A stretch of 64,000 nucleotides of DNA, taken from the NCBI GenBank assembly GCA_051546255.1, contig CP128817.1, forward strand, positions 124,001 to 188,000, given 5' to 3'. This DNA is from Meyerozyma guilliermondii. Its lineage: Eukaryota. The position numbers and the translations under genes were made by a program. Shown here piece by piece: positions 1-10,360 of this stretch. The notes under the pieces were generated by a model, which made no database searches, was not told the origin of the DNA, and saw only the letters and a program-made list of their open reading frames with translations. How positions within the stretch are numbered: the stretch's first letter is position 1; each line of letters opens with the position of its first letter.

Positions 1-75
1 ATGCAGGATCGTATACTGGACCAACTAGAACCATTGTGTCGTGGTGTACTCAGGAACTTTGTATGTAAGCTTGGT

Positions 76-1119
76 CTAAAAACCATCGAATGTGGTTCCC
101 GTGCTTCCAATAAGCATCTTTGCCACCACTAGGTCCATATTGGACATTCCCACGATTTTTTGCACAACGATGTTTTCTGCCATAGTAAAGTCTTGTCTAT
201 CAGTTTTCAGCAACTGTGCCAATTCTACCATTTGCGAGCGAGACAAACCAGCATCCGCCACTTCTCCTGCTTCCTCGAAAACCCCCTCAGCTGTGTCTAC
301 CACCAATTTCTTTCCGGAAGCCTTGAGAGCACTCAAGTCGAGCTCTCGCATGGTGGGCTTATAAGAGCCAATTAAAGATACAAATACTGGCACTTTGGGG
401 TCCTTATTGAGCGCCGAAAAGTCAATGGCAGGCAGGGTGCTCGGAAGACATCCAAAGACGACACAACTCCCGGATAACTTTTGATTGATAATTTCTGTGT
501 GTGTAGCAACTTGATACAGATAGGCATTTACCGTAGCAATATTTGTACCAAAATCCTTCTTCAATTCTTTCGCAAACTCTTGGGCTTTTTCGTAGCTTCG
601 GTTTACAACAGTGACACTTTTGATGTTAGGAAACAAAATGAGTGTCAACTTTACGTGCCAGTAAGCTTGCGGTCCAACTCCAAACACAGTCAAGCTCGAT
701 GTCATGGTCTCGGGCACATTTAAAGGGTCAATTGCATTGACTAAGCCTATAGAACTAGCCAATGCTGTTCGAAAGGGAGTAACTGTTTTGGCATTCACCA
801 CCCCAGTTAATGTTCCATCGATGTCATCAACAGTAGCAATAAAGCCCTGAAACCCTAAACCTTTTTGTGAGTTTGACGGACCTCCGCTGATGATCTTCAC
901 GCCTGTGGCATCGGGTGCAACGCAGGGCATAAAGAGATGAGTCAAATCGGAGTTTTTGGTAGTTGTTGATCTCACCGTTCGAGGAGGAACAATTTCTGGA
1001 TTGTGCTGGTAATCACGAAGGCTGCCAAGGAGTGCTGGTTGGTAATGGTTTAGTATGGAGTCTCTGGTGAGCGATTTGTCTAGAAACTCGTGGACATTTT
1101 GGTCACTAACTATCTTCAT
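76..1119 (-). CDS. Ornithine cyclodeaminase / mu-crystallin family protein (YGL159W-like)
   Basis: 347-aa ATG ORF with family motifs: HLFMP, GVKIIS, T-x-FRTALAS, Rossmann FGVGPQA, SLIGSYKPTMREL, KIVGMSNMD. Confidence 0.85.
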   Translation of the reverse strand: MKIVSDQNVHEFLDKSLTRDSILNHYQPALLGSLRDYQHNPEIVPPRTVRSTTTKNSDLTHLFMPCVAPDATGVKIISGGPSNSQKGLGFQGFIATVDDIDGTLTGVVNAKTVTPFRTALASSIGLVNAIDPLNVPETMTSSLTVFGVGPQAYWHVKLTLILFPNIKSVTVVNRSYEKAQEFAKELKKDFGTNIATVNAYLYQVATHTEIINQKLSGSCVVFGCLPSTLPAIDFSALNKDPKVPVFVSLIGSYKPTMRELDLSALKASGKKLVVDTAEGVFEEAGEVADAGLSRSQMVELAQLLKTDRQDFTMAENIVVQKIVGMSNMDLVVAKMLIGSTGTTFDGF

Positions 1120-1310
1120 GGTTGATTGAATCAGAAAGAAATTGAGATCAAGCTGCGAAATTTCGGCAAATAGAATGAAAATGAAGTTGAGATTGAAGAT
1201 AGAGACTAATACGCCAGTCTGATTCTGAGCATTATTGCGGTCACTTTTTACAGTTTCGTTGCTTTATTTATATCTTTTATCGTTATCTTTTATCGTTATC
1301 GTGTCTCGTA

Positions 1311-2459
1311 TCAAGCAGGCATGAATATCCACTCTTCGTTGGGTGTGGAAGAGTCTCGTAAGTTTCTTACTTTTTTCAACAACTCTTCGATGCCAGCCAC
1401 TGTTATCAACAACTTTTCCATACTAGAACACACCTGCTGAGTCACCATGTCTCTCTCACCAGTGCCAAACTTATCTGGCAAATGTAAAGCATGCAATTTG
1501 TTCTTGATCGATATATGCTTAAGTTGGCCAACTATCCGAACTTGATCTGACCGTGATAAATTGTTCTGTTGCAGTACACTCGAACATATCTCAAAGATTA
1601 TGCGTTGCAATGGTACCAATTGCTTGTCTTTGGACAATTTGACCGCAAGAGTATAATTGTCATTGGTAGCTTCCCATAGCAAAATCTCAGACTTGATACT
1701 ACGCAAGCCACTGTTGTTTGTCTGCAGCTTGAAGTATTCATGGTGAAACTTCCAGATTATTCGTTCGTAAAACGGAGAAATCGTCCCTTGCTGGATACTT
1801 GGCAAGTAGCTTTTTTCAAAGTGTTCTTTGAGATTCTTGACAATTTGGAGCGGCTTCTTCTGGTCATAATACTTCTTCAACATGATGACATTCCACCTCA
1901 AAAACGATTCCTCGGGCCAGTACGGAAGTGCTTCGGGCGATAGCCTATTTACATCAACTGGTAACTTTTCTAGATGAAGGAGATTTTTATTGAGCACCAA
2001 GTCGAAAAGTACTGGAAATGTCAACTTATCTTGAAAATAGAAAAGCTTGGCAATGGCAATAATAACAGCTTCATCCTCAAGTCCTTTTATGTACTTACTT
2101 ACCACATGCTGTGGACTTGTAAGGAGTTCGTAGTTGGACATTGTGTGGGTGGTGAACACATTCAAACCCGCAAGTAAATGGTCCAAATGTTTCTTGGTAT
2201 CACTGGCAGGCATTTTAAATTGCTCTGAAGGTGCTTGTTTCGAAAACTTTTCGTTAACAGGTCCATGCCTCAAATTATCAATGAGTGAGGGCAGATAATC
2301 AACAGGTTTATGGTCGTTCTGAGGAGAAAGTAAATTTAATGCATCAGCTAAGGAGACACCATCGTCATTTTTAAACGAAAATAATCGAACATGCAAAGAA
2401 GTGAGGCGTCGAGACCCCAAAAGTTGGAGGTTTCGGGCCTGAACTCGACTTAAAATCAT
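1311..2459 (-). CDS. Uncharacterised protein, probably mitochondrial
   Basis: Long ORF; first ATG at 2459 (track start is TTG); Arg/Leu/Ser-rich, acid-free N-terminus resembles a mitochondrial presequence; family not recognised. Confidence 0.65.
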   Translation of the reverse strand: MILSRVQARNLQLLGSRRLTSLHVRLFSFKNDDGVSLADALNLLSPQNDHKPVDYLPSLIDNLRHGPVNEKFSKQAPSEQFKMPASDTKKHLDHLLAGLNVFTTHTMSNYELLTSPQHVVSKYIKGLEDEAVIIAIAKLFYFQDKLTFPVLFDLVLNKNLLHLEKLPVDVNRLSPEALPYWPEESFLRWNVIMLKKYYDQKKPLQIVKNLKEHFEKSYLPSIQQGTISPFYERIIWKFHHEYFKLQTNNSGLRSIKSEILLWEATNDNYTLAVKLSKDKQLVPLQRIIFEICSSVLQQNNLSRSDQVRIVGQLKHISIKNKLHALHLPDKFGTGERDMVTQQVCSSMEKLLITVAGIEELLKKVRNLRDSSTPNEEWIFMPA

Positions 2460-2568
2460 GCGAAAAGGGATGATCAAGAAAGAAGCGTGAGAAAGTTGAG
2501 AATTTCGATATCGAAGGTACTGTATATAATATACACAAACGGAGGTTATGAATGTTATGCTTAGAGGG

Positions 2569-4506
2569 TTATTTTTTTGGTTGTTGCCTTTCAGACCCGG
2601 CTATTATGCCCTCCCAGATCGAGGCTGTATTTTGGTAGTTTCTTGGAAGCATCAAGTAGTTAATTCGTAGATCGTCGTTATAGGTGAACGAGATGGGTTC
2701 GCCAGCAAAGAAGGACAAGAGTACTGTCAATTTGGTTCTTTTCTTTGCATTTTTGTTCCTGAAAAGTTTGAGAAAATCAGCAAATATTTCCTGATATGTC
2801 AATGTCTTATTGGACAAATCGAGGTAATTTGTAGTTGAGCTTTGACCCATGAATGATAAGTGAACTCCACCTTGTAAACGGTTCGAATTTTTGAGCTTGA
2901 GTATGACAACAAATAGCGGAAGAAAGTTAAGGACAATGAGAATGCTTTCAATCAAATTCATGATACCCAATTTGACCATCTGGACACAGAAAAATATCAC
3001 ATAAAATGCAAAGATTGTGGGTAAAAGAAGCACTAGAACGATGAACATCAAGGTCCCAACCAACATTTGGTCAATTTCAAAGTATTGAGCTGGTACTTTG
3101 GAGTAGTTGTCCAAGTTATCAACTCTTTTTCTCAAGACATTGTATTTCTTTCCTCGAAACAATTGACAAAGTGACTTTATAGTGTTCACCTGACGATTGA
3201 AAATTCTGGTTGAGCTGTAGTAGCAGCAGTAGATATGGAAGGTGATGATATTGGTTAAGTCTGCAACCGCTCCCAAGAAGAATGAAAAGCCACAAAAGCA
3301 CAAAACCTGAATAATTCGCTCAATGATTCCACGACTATGACCAACAGATTCGCGAGATATGGAGCCAGTTATTGAGTATATGGCACCACTAGATATGAAT
3401 TCCTGCCATACTTTCAAGCTCCATAAAAACATATTACCCATAAACAGTCCTAGTTCATTGTTGAGCTTGAAACCAGCTGGATGGTTGAATGAAACCCATG
3501 AAACCAAGTTGTACAAATCATGGTCCAATGTACGGATAATAATGGTTTCGTCAAATAAAGACGCAAGGTAAGCTAAGTTTGGCTCTATCACCCGCCAAAA
3601 CGTTATTCCCAAAATGACATCGTTGAGAATCATCCACAATGAATTGAATAGGTTGATATAGTTTGAGTTGTTGACGTTCAAGTTTTTGTTCTTTAATGGA
3701 ATCTGTAAGCTTGAGACTATTTTTTTGTCGTCGTATAGGTATTCTTTGTTGTAATAGCAGAGGAACTGAACAGGAAAATAGTTGATCTGTCTCATGCGGA
3801 CCTCAAGCTGTCTAAAAGCTTGAGAAATGGTCACAAGGCTCATGTTGTACACCTTATAATTGAGTAACCATATCATCCAAATCGTGAGCTTTTCTATACT
3901 CCAAATGATAATGACGAGGACCCGAATTAAATGAAGTCGAAGCTCATTCCACACGAAATTGAGAAAGTTCGGTATAAATACTTTAGGCCTTATGTAGCGA
4001 TTCTTCAAGAGATATTTGTGAAGTTTTTCACGAATCATGTGGCACTGATTAATACTGTCGAGGACCTCGTCATCAGTGAGAGTTGATCTGATGGGTGTAG
4101 GAGGAGGCTCCACCATTGCTAGGGTATCGAGAAGTTTTGGATTGGTTGTGATGTTGACAGAACCAGTTGATTGAAGTAGAATATGGCTGATTGAAAAATA
4201 CTCCAAATTTCGAAAATTGGGAGGCTCAAATGTGACAATTGTACGGTGTTTTGAGCAGAGCGGATACTTCTCGTCCATGTCAAGCCTGAACGATAAGTTC
4301 TGGTTGGGTATGCTACAATTGGCCAGACCACAAATTTTCAATCCAATTGGAAGCTTCGCCGCATCTTCAATGAGAGCTTTTCCAGTATGTTCTTCCACAC
4401 TATCAACGATAACCAAAGCTGTTGGCGACAGAAGACCCATCAAATATAGTTTTTGTCCCCTTTGGGAGCGCTTTAAGAGGCGCTTGGGTATGAAAACGAG
4501 GTCCAT
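2569..4506 (-). CDS. GPI1: GPI-GlcNAc transferase subunit (PIG-Q)
   Basis: 645 aa with Gpi1 motifs NSLWMILNDVILG, PAGFKLNNEL, LFRGKKYNVLRKRVD, DQMLVGTLMF; several TM segments. Confidence 0.93.
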   Translation of the reverse strand: MDLVFIPKRLLKRSQRGQKLYLMGLLSPTALVIVDSVEEHTGKALIEDAAKLPIGLKICGLANCSIPNQNLSFRLDMDEKYPLCSKHRTIVTFEPPNFRNLEYFSISHILLQSTGSVNITTNPKLLDTLAMVEPPPTPIRSTLTDDEVLDSINQCHMIREKLHKYLLKNRYIRPKVFIPNFLNFVWNELRLHLIRVLVIIIWSIEKLTIWMIWLLNYKVYNMSLVTISQAFRQLEVRMRQINYFPVQFLCYYNKEYLYDDKKIVSSLQIPLKNKNLNVNNSNYINLFNSLWMILNDVILGITFWRVIEPNLAYLASLFDETIIIRTLDHDLYNLVSWVSFNHPAGFKLNNELGLFMGNMFLWSLKVWQEFISSGAIYSITGSISRESVGHSRGIIERIIQVLCFCGFSFFLGAVADLTNIITFHIYCCYYSSTRIFNRQVNTIKSLCQLFRGKKYNVLRKRVDNLDNYSKVPAQYFEIDQMLVGTLMFIVLVLLLPTIFAFYVIFFCVQMVKLGIMNLIESILIVLNFLPLFVVILKLKNSNRLQGGVHLSFMGQSSTTNYLDLSNKTLTYQEIFADFLKLFRNKNAKKRTKLTVLLSFFAGEPISFTYNDDLRINYLMLPRNYQNTASIWEGIIAGSERQQPKK

Positions 4507-4838
4507 TATTGGGCAAAACTGGCTCTTCGTAAGTACGGTGAGCTTGTGTTCAAGTTTTTGTGGAAGCGTTGAGTGGGCAAAATAGAAATCGTTTCGTCGT
4601 CGCTGTCGCTATCAGAAACGGCGGATGTATCTTTCCGGAGTGGAGAACTTGATTCCTGAAATATGTAGCGGTGAACAATTTCGCTCGTTATCCAAAAGAG
4701 CGTAATTGCCAGTACCAAAAACAAAAGTGAGACTACACCGCTCCTTAGAAGTACTTCTTTGGTGACCCTTGCAGGAGAGAGGATATAACCGTAATTACCG
4801 GAAGTATAAGGATCTACTTCAGCGGCACGCCAAAGCAT
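4506..4838 (-). CDS. Small single-pass membrane protein; stop codon overlaps GPI1 start (TAATG)
   Basis: ATG at 4838, 110 aa, one hydrophobic stretch (GVVSLLFLVLAITLFWIT) followed by Ser/Asp-rich tail; no homolog recognised. Confidence 0.5.
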   Translation of the reverse strand: MLWRAAEVDPYTSGNYGYILSPARVTKEVLLRSGVVSLLFLVLAITLFWITSEIVHRYIFQESSSPLRKDTSAVSDSDSDDETISILPTQRFHKNLNTSSPYLRRASFAQ

Positions 4839-4971
4839 ATACAGTTGGCAAGAAAGTCAAATTGAGAAGCCGCGCAGTAGGGCCCATTACACCAATCTGG
4901 GGTAATGGGTAGAACAAGCAATAGAGACTTTAGATGGTGAGGTATAAAGCAAATATATAGCTACGAGCAGG

Positions 4972-6801
4972 TCACGTTTGTGTTCTCAGACGCTGAACAA
5001 AACTGTTCTTGCGGTGCAAATCCGTCAAGCTTTTGTGAGATGGGAGCGTTGGAGGAGTTGAGTCATCACCTGGAGTCTCATATGACACCGACGATCCCGA
5101 GCGGGAGAGCACAGGTCGAGTCTCTGTTGTCAAGTTGGACAATTGCTTTGTAAAGATGAGTGCTATGAGGCAAACAAAAGTCAAGGCGGAAAGAATTAAA
5201 TAAATGATTCCAGGCTTGTGCCACTTCGATACCGATAACTTGTAAACCGAGAGAATTCCAATAGGAGAAAGTATGGCAAAGAAGTTTTTGACAAGAGCCA
5301 ACGCTCCAAAGACCTCCCCAATTTTTGATTCGGGGTAAAACTTGATAATGGTGGAGTTGAGAGCGGGAGATGTAAACGAACTGAGACTGTTGAACACCAT
5401 TGCAAGTAAGAAAAAATTGGTGCTAGGTGCAATGTACACAAGCAAGAACCCAATTGCTTCAGCCACCAAGCCAAGCACACATATACTGAAGTCAATCAAG
5501 TCGTATTGTCGCTTCATCATGGTAAATCCACACCACTTATGGAAGACCTTGTGGGTCAAAATTGGCGACACGAACAAAAGTGCTATTGCTCGAGCAGAAC
5601 AAGCAACTGCTAGCAAATGCCCAATTTCGATCGAGGTCCAGTCAAATGCGTAGATTCCATAAAGAACGTAAACCTGACCCATGGGAACCGCCAAACACAT
5701 CAAAAAGCAGTCCACTATTACCAAGGTCAAAACCACGATTCGCTCTCTAGGAATATTCCGTCTATGGGCATTTGTGATTGCATCTGCTGGTAGAGTCAAC
5801 AACCGCAAAGGTTTCAAAAAGTTTGGATTGAGCACCTGGAACCAATTTGACCGGGGAACTGCTTCGGGTGCGTCGATGGCAGATAGCGACAGAGACCGCG
5901 AGAGCGACCGGGACTTTCCACGGGCCTTTGCAGATCTCAGCTCAGGAACCACCGCCACGAAAACAATAAGGGCCAAGGCAAAAATAAGTATTTCAAACTG
6001 GAGCGGTCTGTATTCTGCGTGGTCAATTATAGCGTAGTATGACTGTTTCATCGATGCTACCTTGGTCTTGCCCATAGACTTGGAGAGGATAAAGTTACCC
6101 ACCACTGGCCCCAAAGACAATCCAACAAAGAGACCAGCCATGCCCAAACCCAACGAGTAAATACGCTCGTGGGGCTCAACTACATCGGAAATGTAGCAGT
6201 TGGTCAAAGTGACAAAAGACATGACTCCTCCGAACATGTTACCAAGAGTCTCCGAAAGAACAATCAAACCAAATCGAAGGGTGTCATAGTGGTACATCAA
6301 GTAGAAACGAGTCACTCTGGCAACCAAAAAGCCGCCAATGATCAAAGCAAGGAAAGGTTTTCTGCCGTGCTGATCAGACAAGGGACCCAATTTTCCCAGT
6401 GCAATAAGCAGAAATACCGCCGCCAATATCATCACTGCAAGCAGAAGATTCGACACCAACAACTGGGTTTCGTTGGGATCACAAACTCCGGTGTGGCTGC
6501 TACTAGCCAAGTAATTACAAGCAAGTTTCAACGTTATCATGTTTCTGGTAGCTTCACCACTAGAAGTTGCAAATGCCACGCCAAAAGCACAGCAGCTTAT
6601 CATTACCGCCGAGGGCCTCTTCATCCAGTGAGTGGCCTTGTTCAAAGTTCTTTGTTCTCGTAACCATATTGCATCCTCATTATTTTCATCTTCATCGTCA
6701 TCGATGATGGCTTCATAAATGTCATTTACAGCACCTTCCAAGGTTGTTGCTGGGTCTATAAGGGGCAGGTGTTCACCGTATGTTTTGGTGGACCCGCTCA
6801 T
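4972..6801 (-). CDS. MFS transporter (YJL163C-like), copy 1
   Basis: 609 aa, about 12 hydrophobic segments, MFS motif A GPLSDQHGRKP, YISDVV, GLSLGP. Confidence 0.88.
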   Translation of the reverse strand: MSGSTKTYGEHLPLIDPATTLEGAVNDIYEAIIDDDEDENNEDAIWLREQRTLNKATHWMKRPSAVMISCCAFGVAFATSSGEATRNMITLKLACNYLASSSHTGVCDPNETQLLVSNLLLAVMILAAVFLLIALGKLGPLSDQHGRKPFLALIIGGFLVARVTRFYLMYHYDTLRFGLIVLSETLGNMFGGVMSFVTLTNCYISDVVEPHERIYSLGLGMAGLFVGLSLGPVVGNFILSKSMGKTKVASMKQSYYAIIDHAEYRPLQFEILIFALALIVFVAVVPELRSAKARGKSRSLSRSLSLSAIDAPEAVPRSNWFQVLNPNFLKPLRLLTLPADAITNAHRRNIPRERIVVLTLVIVDCFLMCLAVPMGQVYVLYGIYAFDWTSIEIGHLLAVACSARAIALLFVSPILTHKVFHKWCGFTMMKRQYDLIDFSICVLGLVAEAIGFLLVYIAPSTNFFLLAMVFNSLSSFTSPALNSTIIKFYPESKIGEVFGALALVKNFFAILSPIGILSVYKLSVSKWHKPGIIYLILSALTFVCLIALIFTKQLSNLTTETRPVLSRSGSSVSYETPGDDSTPPTLPSHKSLTDLHRKNSFVQRLRTQT

Positions 6802-7039
6802 GACTAGCAGTGGCGAAAAATAATCGCCTCAAAATATACACTTGATATGATTTCTGATTGCTGCGCGGCTCCGGCTCCAATGCCCAAAACGGTGCGAAGT
6901 CCGTATGATAAGCGGCGATTAGGGAGAGAAGGAGACGACTGGAAAAGGGAAATTGCAGATGGCAAGGGGGAGTAAGAGATATCGAGCACTCTTATAGCAA
7001 AATGTACCCTCTCAGCAAGTCTACCGGTAACATTGAAGA

Positions 7040-7290
7040 CACCACAGTGTACACAGTACCACACTAAGAAGTATACCACAGTAAGTACAAGTATACCACA
7101 CTAAATATAGGAACCACCCGGGTGTAGCTGGTATAGCTGGCAGTATCTGGCAGTAGCTGGGCCAGAGCGAAGCCTCAAATCTTCTAGTAATATGTAGCAA
7201 ACACAGCAAAACTAGCAGACCATATATAGCAAAGATATAGCAAAGCCTTTATAGGCACCAAAGAAGTAATATCCATCGTAGCATACCATA
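7040..7290. repeat. Degenerate short tandem repeats between the MFS paralogs
   Basis: Recurrent AGTATACCACA, TAGCTGG/TATCTGG and ATATAGCAAA units visible by eye. Confidence 0.5.
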
Positions 7291-7425
7291 TAGCAAAAGT
7301 GCAAGCAACATTCCTCAATATCATAACTCATCACAGCATATCAGTGAGAATGTAAATCGTTGCAAGCATATAATACAAGGTTTATCAAACCCGTAAATTT
7401 GCAGCCAAATTTTAATTTGTAGCAT

Positions 7426-9171
7426 TTATCCCCGCAAAGATACCTCTGCCGCTGTGGAGATCAACTGCTCGTCGGTTGAATATTTGTTCAACCTCAAAAT
7501 GTGCTTTGCGGCCACCACGGCAAAGAAACAAATCACCACAATGCCCATATGAATATAGAGGACCATAGAAGGCCAGGCACGATGCAAACTCCAATTGTAC
7601 AATCTCATGACGACGTATGGAACCGCCACGTTCAAGACATTGGTGAGCATCAAACATGCGGTGAACAACTCTGCTCTTCTTGAAGCCGGGTAGAATTTCG
7701 ATATAGTCGATATTGTGGCCGGCGTCACCAAAGATGCAAGACTAACCAGAACAAAAGCCACAAGCATTCCTGTTGCAGATCGGCTTTGAGCCATGCTGAA
7801 GAACGCAATGAACTCGAAAAAGTATCCCGTCAAGAGAACATAAAAGTCCACCATATCCATTTGGCGTTTCATGGTTTTGAGCCGAAACTTTCTCTGCAAC
7901 AACCAGTTATTAAGCATGGGAGACAAACCAACCAACACCGCAAATCTAGCTAAAGAGTAGAATGATAACAGGTGTCCGATGTCTCCTGCAGACCAATTGA
8001 ACCTGTAGACTCCGTACTGGACCAAAATGGCCGAAACTCCCATAAGCCATGTCGCACAACCGGTATTGATAGCCACCATTATCATCACACAAGCTCTGGC
8101 ACGGCCGGCGTGCCTCTTGTGGGTTTGAGCCACAACACTGTCAGGGTAAGTTAACAAGTGTAATGGTCTGAAAAAGTTTGCAATTTGAGTGTAAATTGAG
8201 CTGGTGAGATTGGGGTTGACATCACGAACCGCACTGCGTGCAGAGTCAGCGGTGGATACAAACGAAGAAGCCCGTGACTTTTCCAATGCCTTGTAGCCTC
8301 TGGATTCCGGAATTGCCAAGAAATAAAGAAAAGTCAACACCAGCACTGCAAATTCGATGCGAAGAGGAAAGAATTCCGACAGGGTTACTTTGGAGGATCT
8401 AGTGATTGCCAGAGCCAGGAACCCATCTTGAGGAGTTTTGGGCATTGTTGCTGGATCTTTGCCCATATAACGAAGTACAGCATCACTAATAAGCGGACCA
8501 AGCGCCATCCCCATACAAGCAGCACCTTGAGCCAAACTCAAACTCACAGTCCGCTTTCTAGCCGACAGCACGTCCGAAACGTAAGCAGCTGACATAGACG
8601 ATTGGGCAAATTGACCACCTAGAATGGAGTCTATCAAGTCACCAAAAAGCAATCCAAAGAAGGGAAGACCATCTTGATGGTGAGAAAAAAAGTATAATTT
8701 GATCAATTTGGCAACAGCATTGGTGATGGTCAAGGCGATAAGCACGGGTCTACGGCCGTAAATGTCGGCCAATCTTCCCATCCGACCCACCACGGTTGTT
8801 CCAGCAATTGACATCACCAAAAGCGAGTAGAAGTTGTAGGTTGACACAAGTTCCAGTGTGGCAATTGGGTCACAAATACCATGCGAATCTGCCACCGAAT
8901 TACAACTTTGTTTGAAAACCACCATTTGACGAGGTCCCTCTGCCAAAGATGTGGACATCATATACAAGAACGACCCAAATGCAAGTATTTGTAAACTCGG
9001 TCTTTGGTACCAAGGCATTGAACTCATCAACTCTTGATGTTTACGTTGAATATAATCGTCTTCATCTTCATCTGAGATCAACGAAAGATTGTCAGATTCA
9101 ACCTCATTGATCTCTTCAACTGCTTCATAGGCCACCTCGTCGGTGTTGAGAAGAATGTTGGTTTCTTGCAT
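7426..9171 (-). CDS. MFS transporter (YJL163C-like), copy 2
   Basis: First ATG at 9171 (MQETN); motif GRLADIYGRRP, YVSDV, GMALGP; collinear with copy 1 (W..RPS, C...G.CDP, MKRQ.D..DF, KFYP). Confidence 0.87.
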   Translation of the reverse strand: MQETNILLNTDEVAYEAVEEINEVESDNLSLISDEDEDDYIQRKHQELMSSMPWYQRPSLQILAFGSFLYMMSTSLAEGPRQMVVFKQSCNSVADSHGICDPIATLELVSTYNFYSLLVMSIAGTTVVGRMGRLADIYGRRPVLIALTITNAVAKLIKLYFFSHHQDGLPFFGLLFGDLIDSILGGQFAQSSMSAAYVSDVLSARKRTVSLSLAQGAACMGMALGPLISDAVLRYMGKDPATMPKTPQDGFLALAITRSSKVTLSEFFPLRIEFAVLVLTFLYFLAIPESRGYKALEKSRASSFVSTADSARSAVRDVNPNLTSSIYTQIANFFRPLHLLTYPDSVVAQTHKRHAGRARACVMIMVAINTGCATWLMGVSAILVQYGVYRFNWSAGDIGHLLSFYSLARFAVLVGLSPMLNNWLLQRKFRLKTMKRQMDMVDFYVLLTGYFFEFIAFFSMAQSRSATGMLVAFVLVSLASLVTPATISTISKFYPASRRAELFTACLMLTNVLNVAVPYVVMRLYNWSLHRAWPSMVLYIHMGIVVICFFAVVAAKHILRLNKYSTDEQLISTAAEVSLRG

Positions 9172-9342
9172 CAAAGTACACAAGAAATTCCACCACACAT
9201 GGAGCTTATAAATTGGAGCCGTACGGCTCCTTATCTCGGCGCGCCGCAGACTGTGTGGTAAGAAATCGAAAGTTCGCACCAAAGTTGTGGAGTGTGGTGC
9301 ACCGAGGGCCGTCACTGAGGTAGCGCGGGCAGTGTGTGCCTG

Positions 9343-9396
9343 CACATGCGTCCAGGGCTCAACCCTCGCGGCCTCCCTGCACTCTAAAATTTTTCA
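9343..9396 (+). promoter_or_regulatory. RPS0 promoter: Tbf1-like inverted site and RRPE-like element
   Basis: AGGGCTCAACCCT at 9354-9366, CACATG just upstream, AAAATTTTTCA at 9386-9396. Confidence 0.45.
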
Positions 9397-9434
9397 ACCC
9401 TCACAGATTTTTTCACCGTTAACCAACCACGAAA

Positions 9435-10220
9435 ATGTCATTGCCTGCTTCCTTTGACTTGACTGCTGAAGACGCCAAGTTGTTGTTGGCTGCTAACGTC
9501 CACTTGGGTTCCAAGAACGTGATTGTGCACAACAAACCATACGTTTATAAGACCAGACCCGATGGTGTCAACGTGATCAACATTGGTAAAACATGGGAAA
9601 AGATCGTATTGGCTGCTAGAACCATTGCTGCCATCCCAAACGCTGCTGACGTTGCCGTGTGTTCGTCGAGAACCTTTGGTCAAAGAGCTGTGTTGAAATT
9701 TGCCGCTCACACCGGTGCCACCCCAATTGCTGGTAGATTCACTCCAGGTAACTTCACCAATTACATTACTCGTTCTTTCAAGGAACCAAGATTGGTCATT
9801 GTTACCGACCCAAGAACCGATGCCCAGGCCATCAAGGAGTCGTCGTACGTTAACATTCCCGTCATTGCTTTGACCGACATGGACTCTCCTACCGATTACG
9901 TTGACATTGCCATCCCATGTAACAACAAGGGTAAGCACTCGATCGGTTTGATCTGGTGGTTGTTGGCCAGAGAGGTGTTGAGATTGAGAGGAATCATTCC
10001 TGACAGATCCACCGAATGGTCTGTGATGCCCGATTTGTACTTCTACAGAGACCCAGAAGAGATTGAGCAAAATGCTGCTGAAGATTCCAAGGCTGAGGAT
10101 GCTGAAGAGGCTCCTGTTGCCGACGCCGAGCCCGACTGGTCCGGAGAGACCGAAGACGTCGACTGGGCCGAGTCCGGTGCCACCCCTGCTGCTGAGGAGG
10201 CTGCTGCTTCCAACTGGTAA
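9435..10220 (+). CDS. RPS0: 40S ribosomal protein uS2 (S0)
   Basis: [32 protein letters not shown]; strong codon bias; coding region uninterrupted. Confidence 0.98.
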   Translation: MSLPASFDLTAEDAKLLLAANVHLGSKNVIVHNKPYVYKTRPDGVNVINIGKTWEKIVLAARTIAAIPNAADVAVCSSRTFGQRAVLKFAAHTGATPIAGRFTPGNFTNYITRSFKEPRLVIVTDPRTDAQAIKESSYVNIPVIALTDMDSPTDYVDIAIPCNNKGKHSIGLIWWLLAREVLRLRGIIPDRSTEWSVMPDLYFYRDPEEIEQNAAEDSKAEDAEEAPVADAEPDWSGETEDVDWAESGATPAAEEAAASNW

Positions 10221-10276
10221 TCATGTACTGTACCAAATAACATAATATAGTGTAGCGAAGCAAGTGTAGAGATACA

Positions 10277-10310
10277 GACACGACAAGAGATGGTAATCTC
10301 TTGTTGTGTT
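10277..10310 (+). terminator. 15-bp hairpin with GGUA tetraloop 3' of RPS0 (candidate Rnt1 site)
   Basis: GACACGACAAGAGAT-GGTA-ATCTCTTGTTGTGTT; 15 contiguous pairs, two of them G-U, which pair only on the + strand RNA. Confidence 0.5.
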
Positions 10311-10360
10311 GATAATCCTTATCTATTTTCTAGGGTCAGTTGAGGTGAAATCATATTCAG

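Noticed and set aside
4506..4838. RSM27, which lies between RPS0A and GPI1 in S. cerevisiae and is of similar length
   Set aside because: This ORF has a TM segment and none of the basic Rsm27 motifs
7336..7348. GCATATCAGTGAG, matching a stretch of yeast U4 snRNA
   Set aside because: Flanks lack the U4 5' end and the rest of the U6-pairing sequence; treated as chance
9438..10070. Long antisense ORFs over RPS0 (also over RDI1 22340-22948, BFR1 33703-34620, BGL2 and RPL35)
   Set aside because: Antisense shadows of codon-biased genes; mostly non-ATG starts and no protein-like motifs
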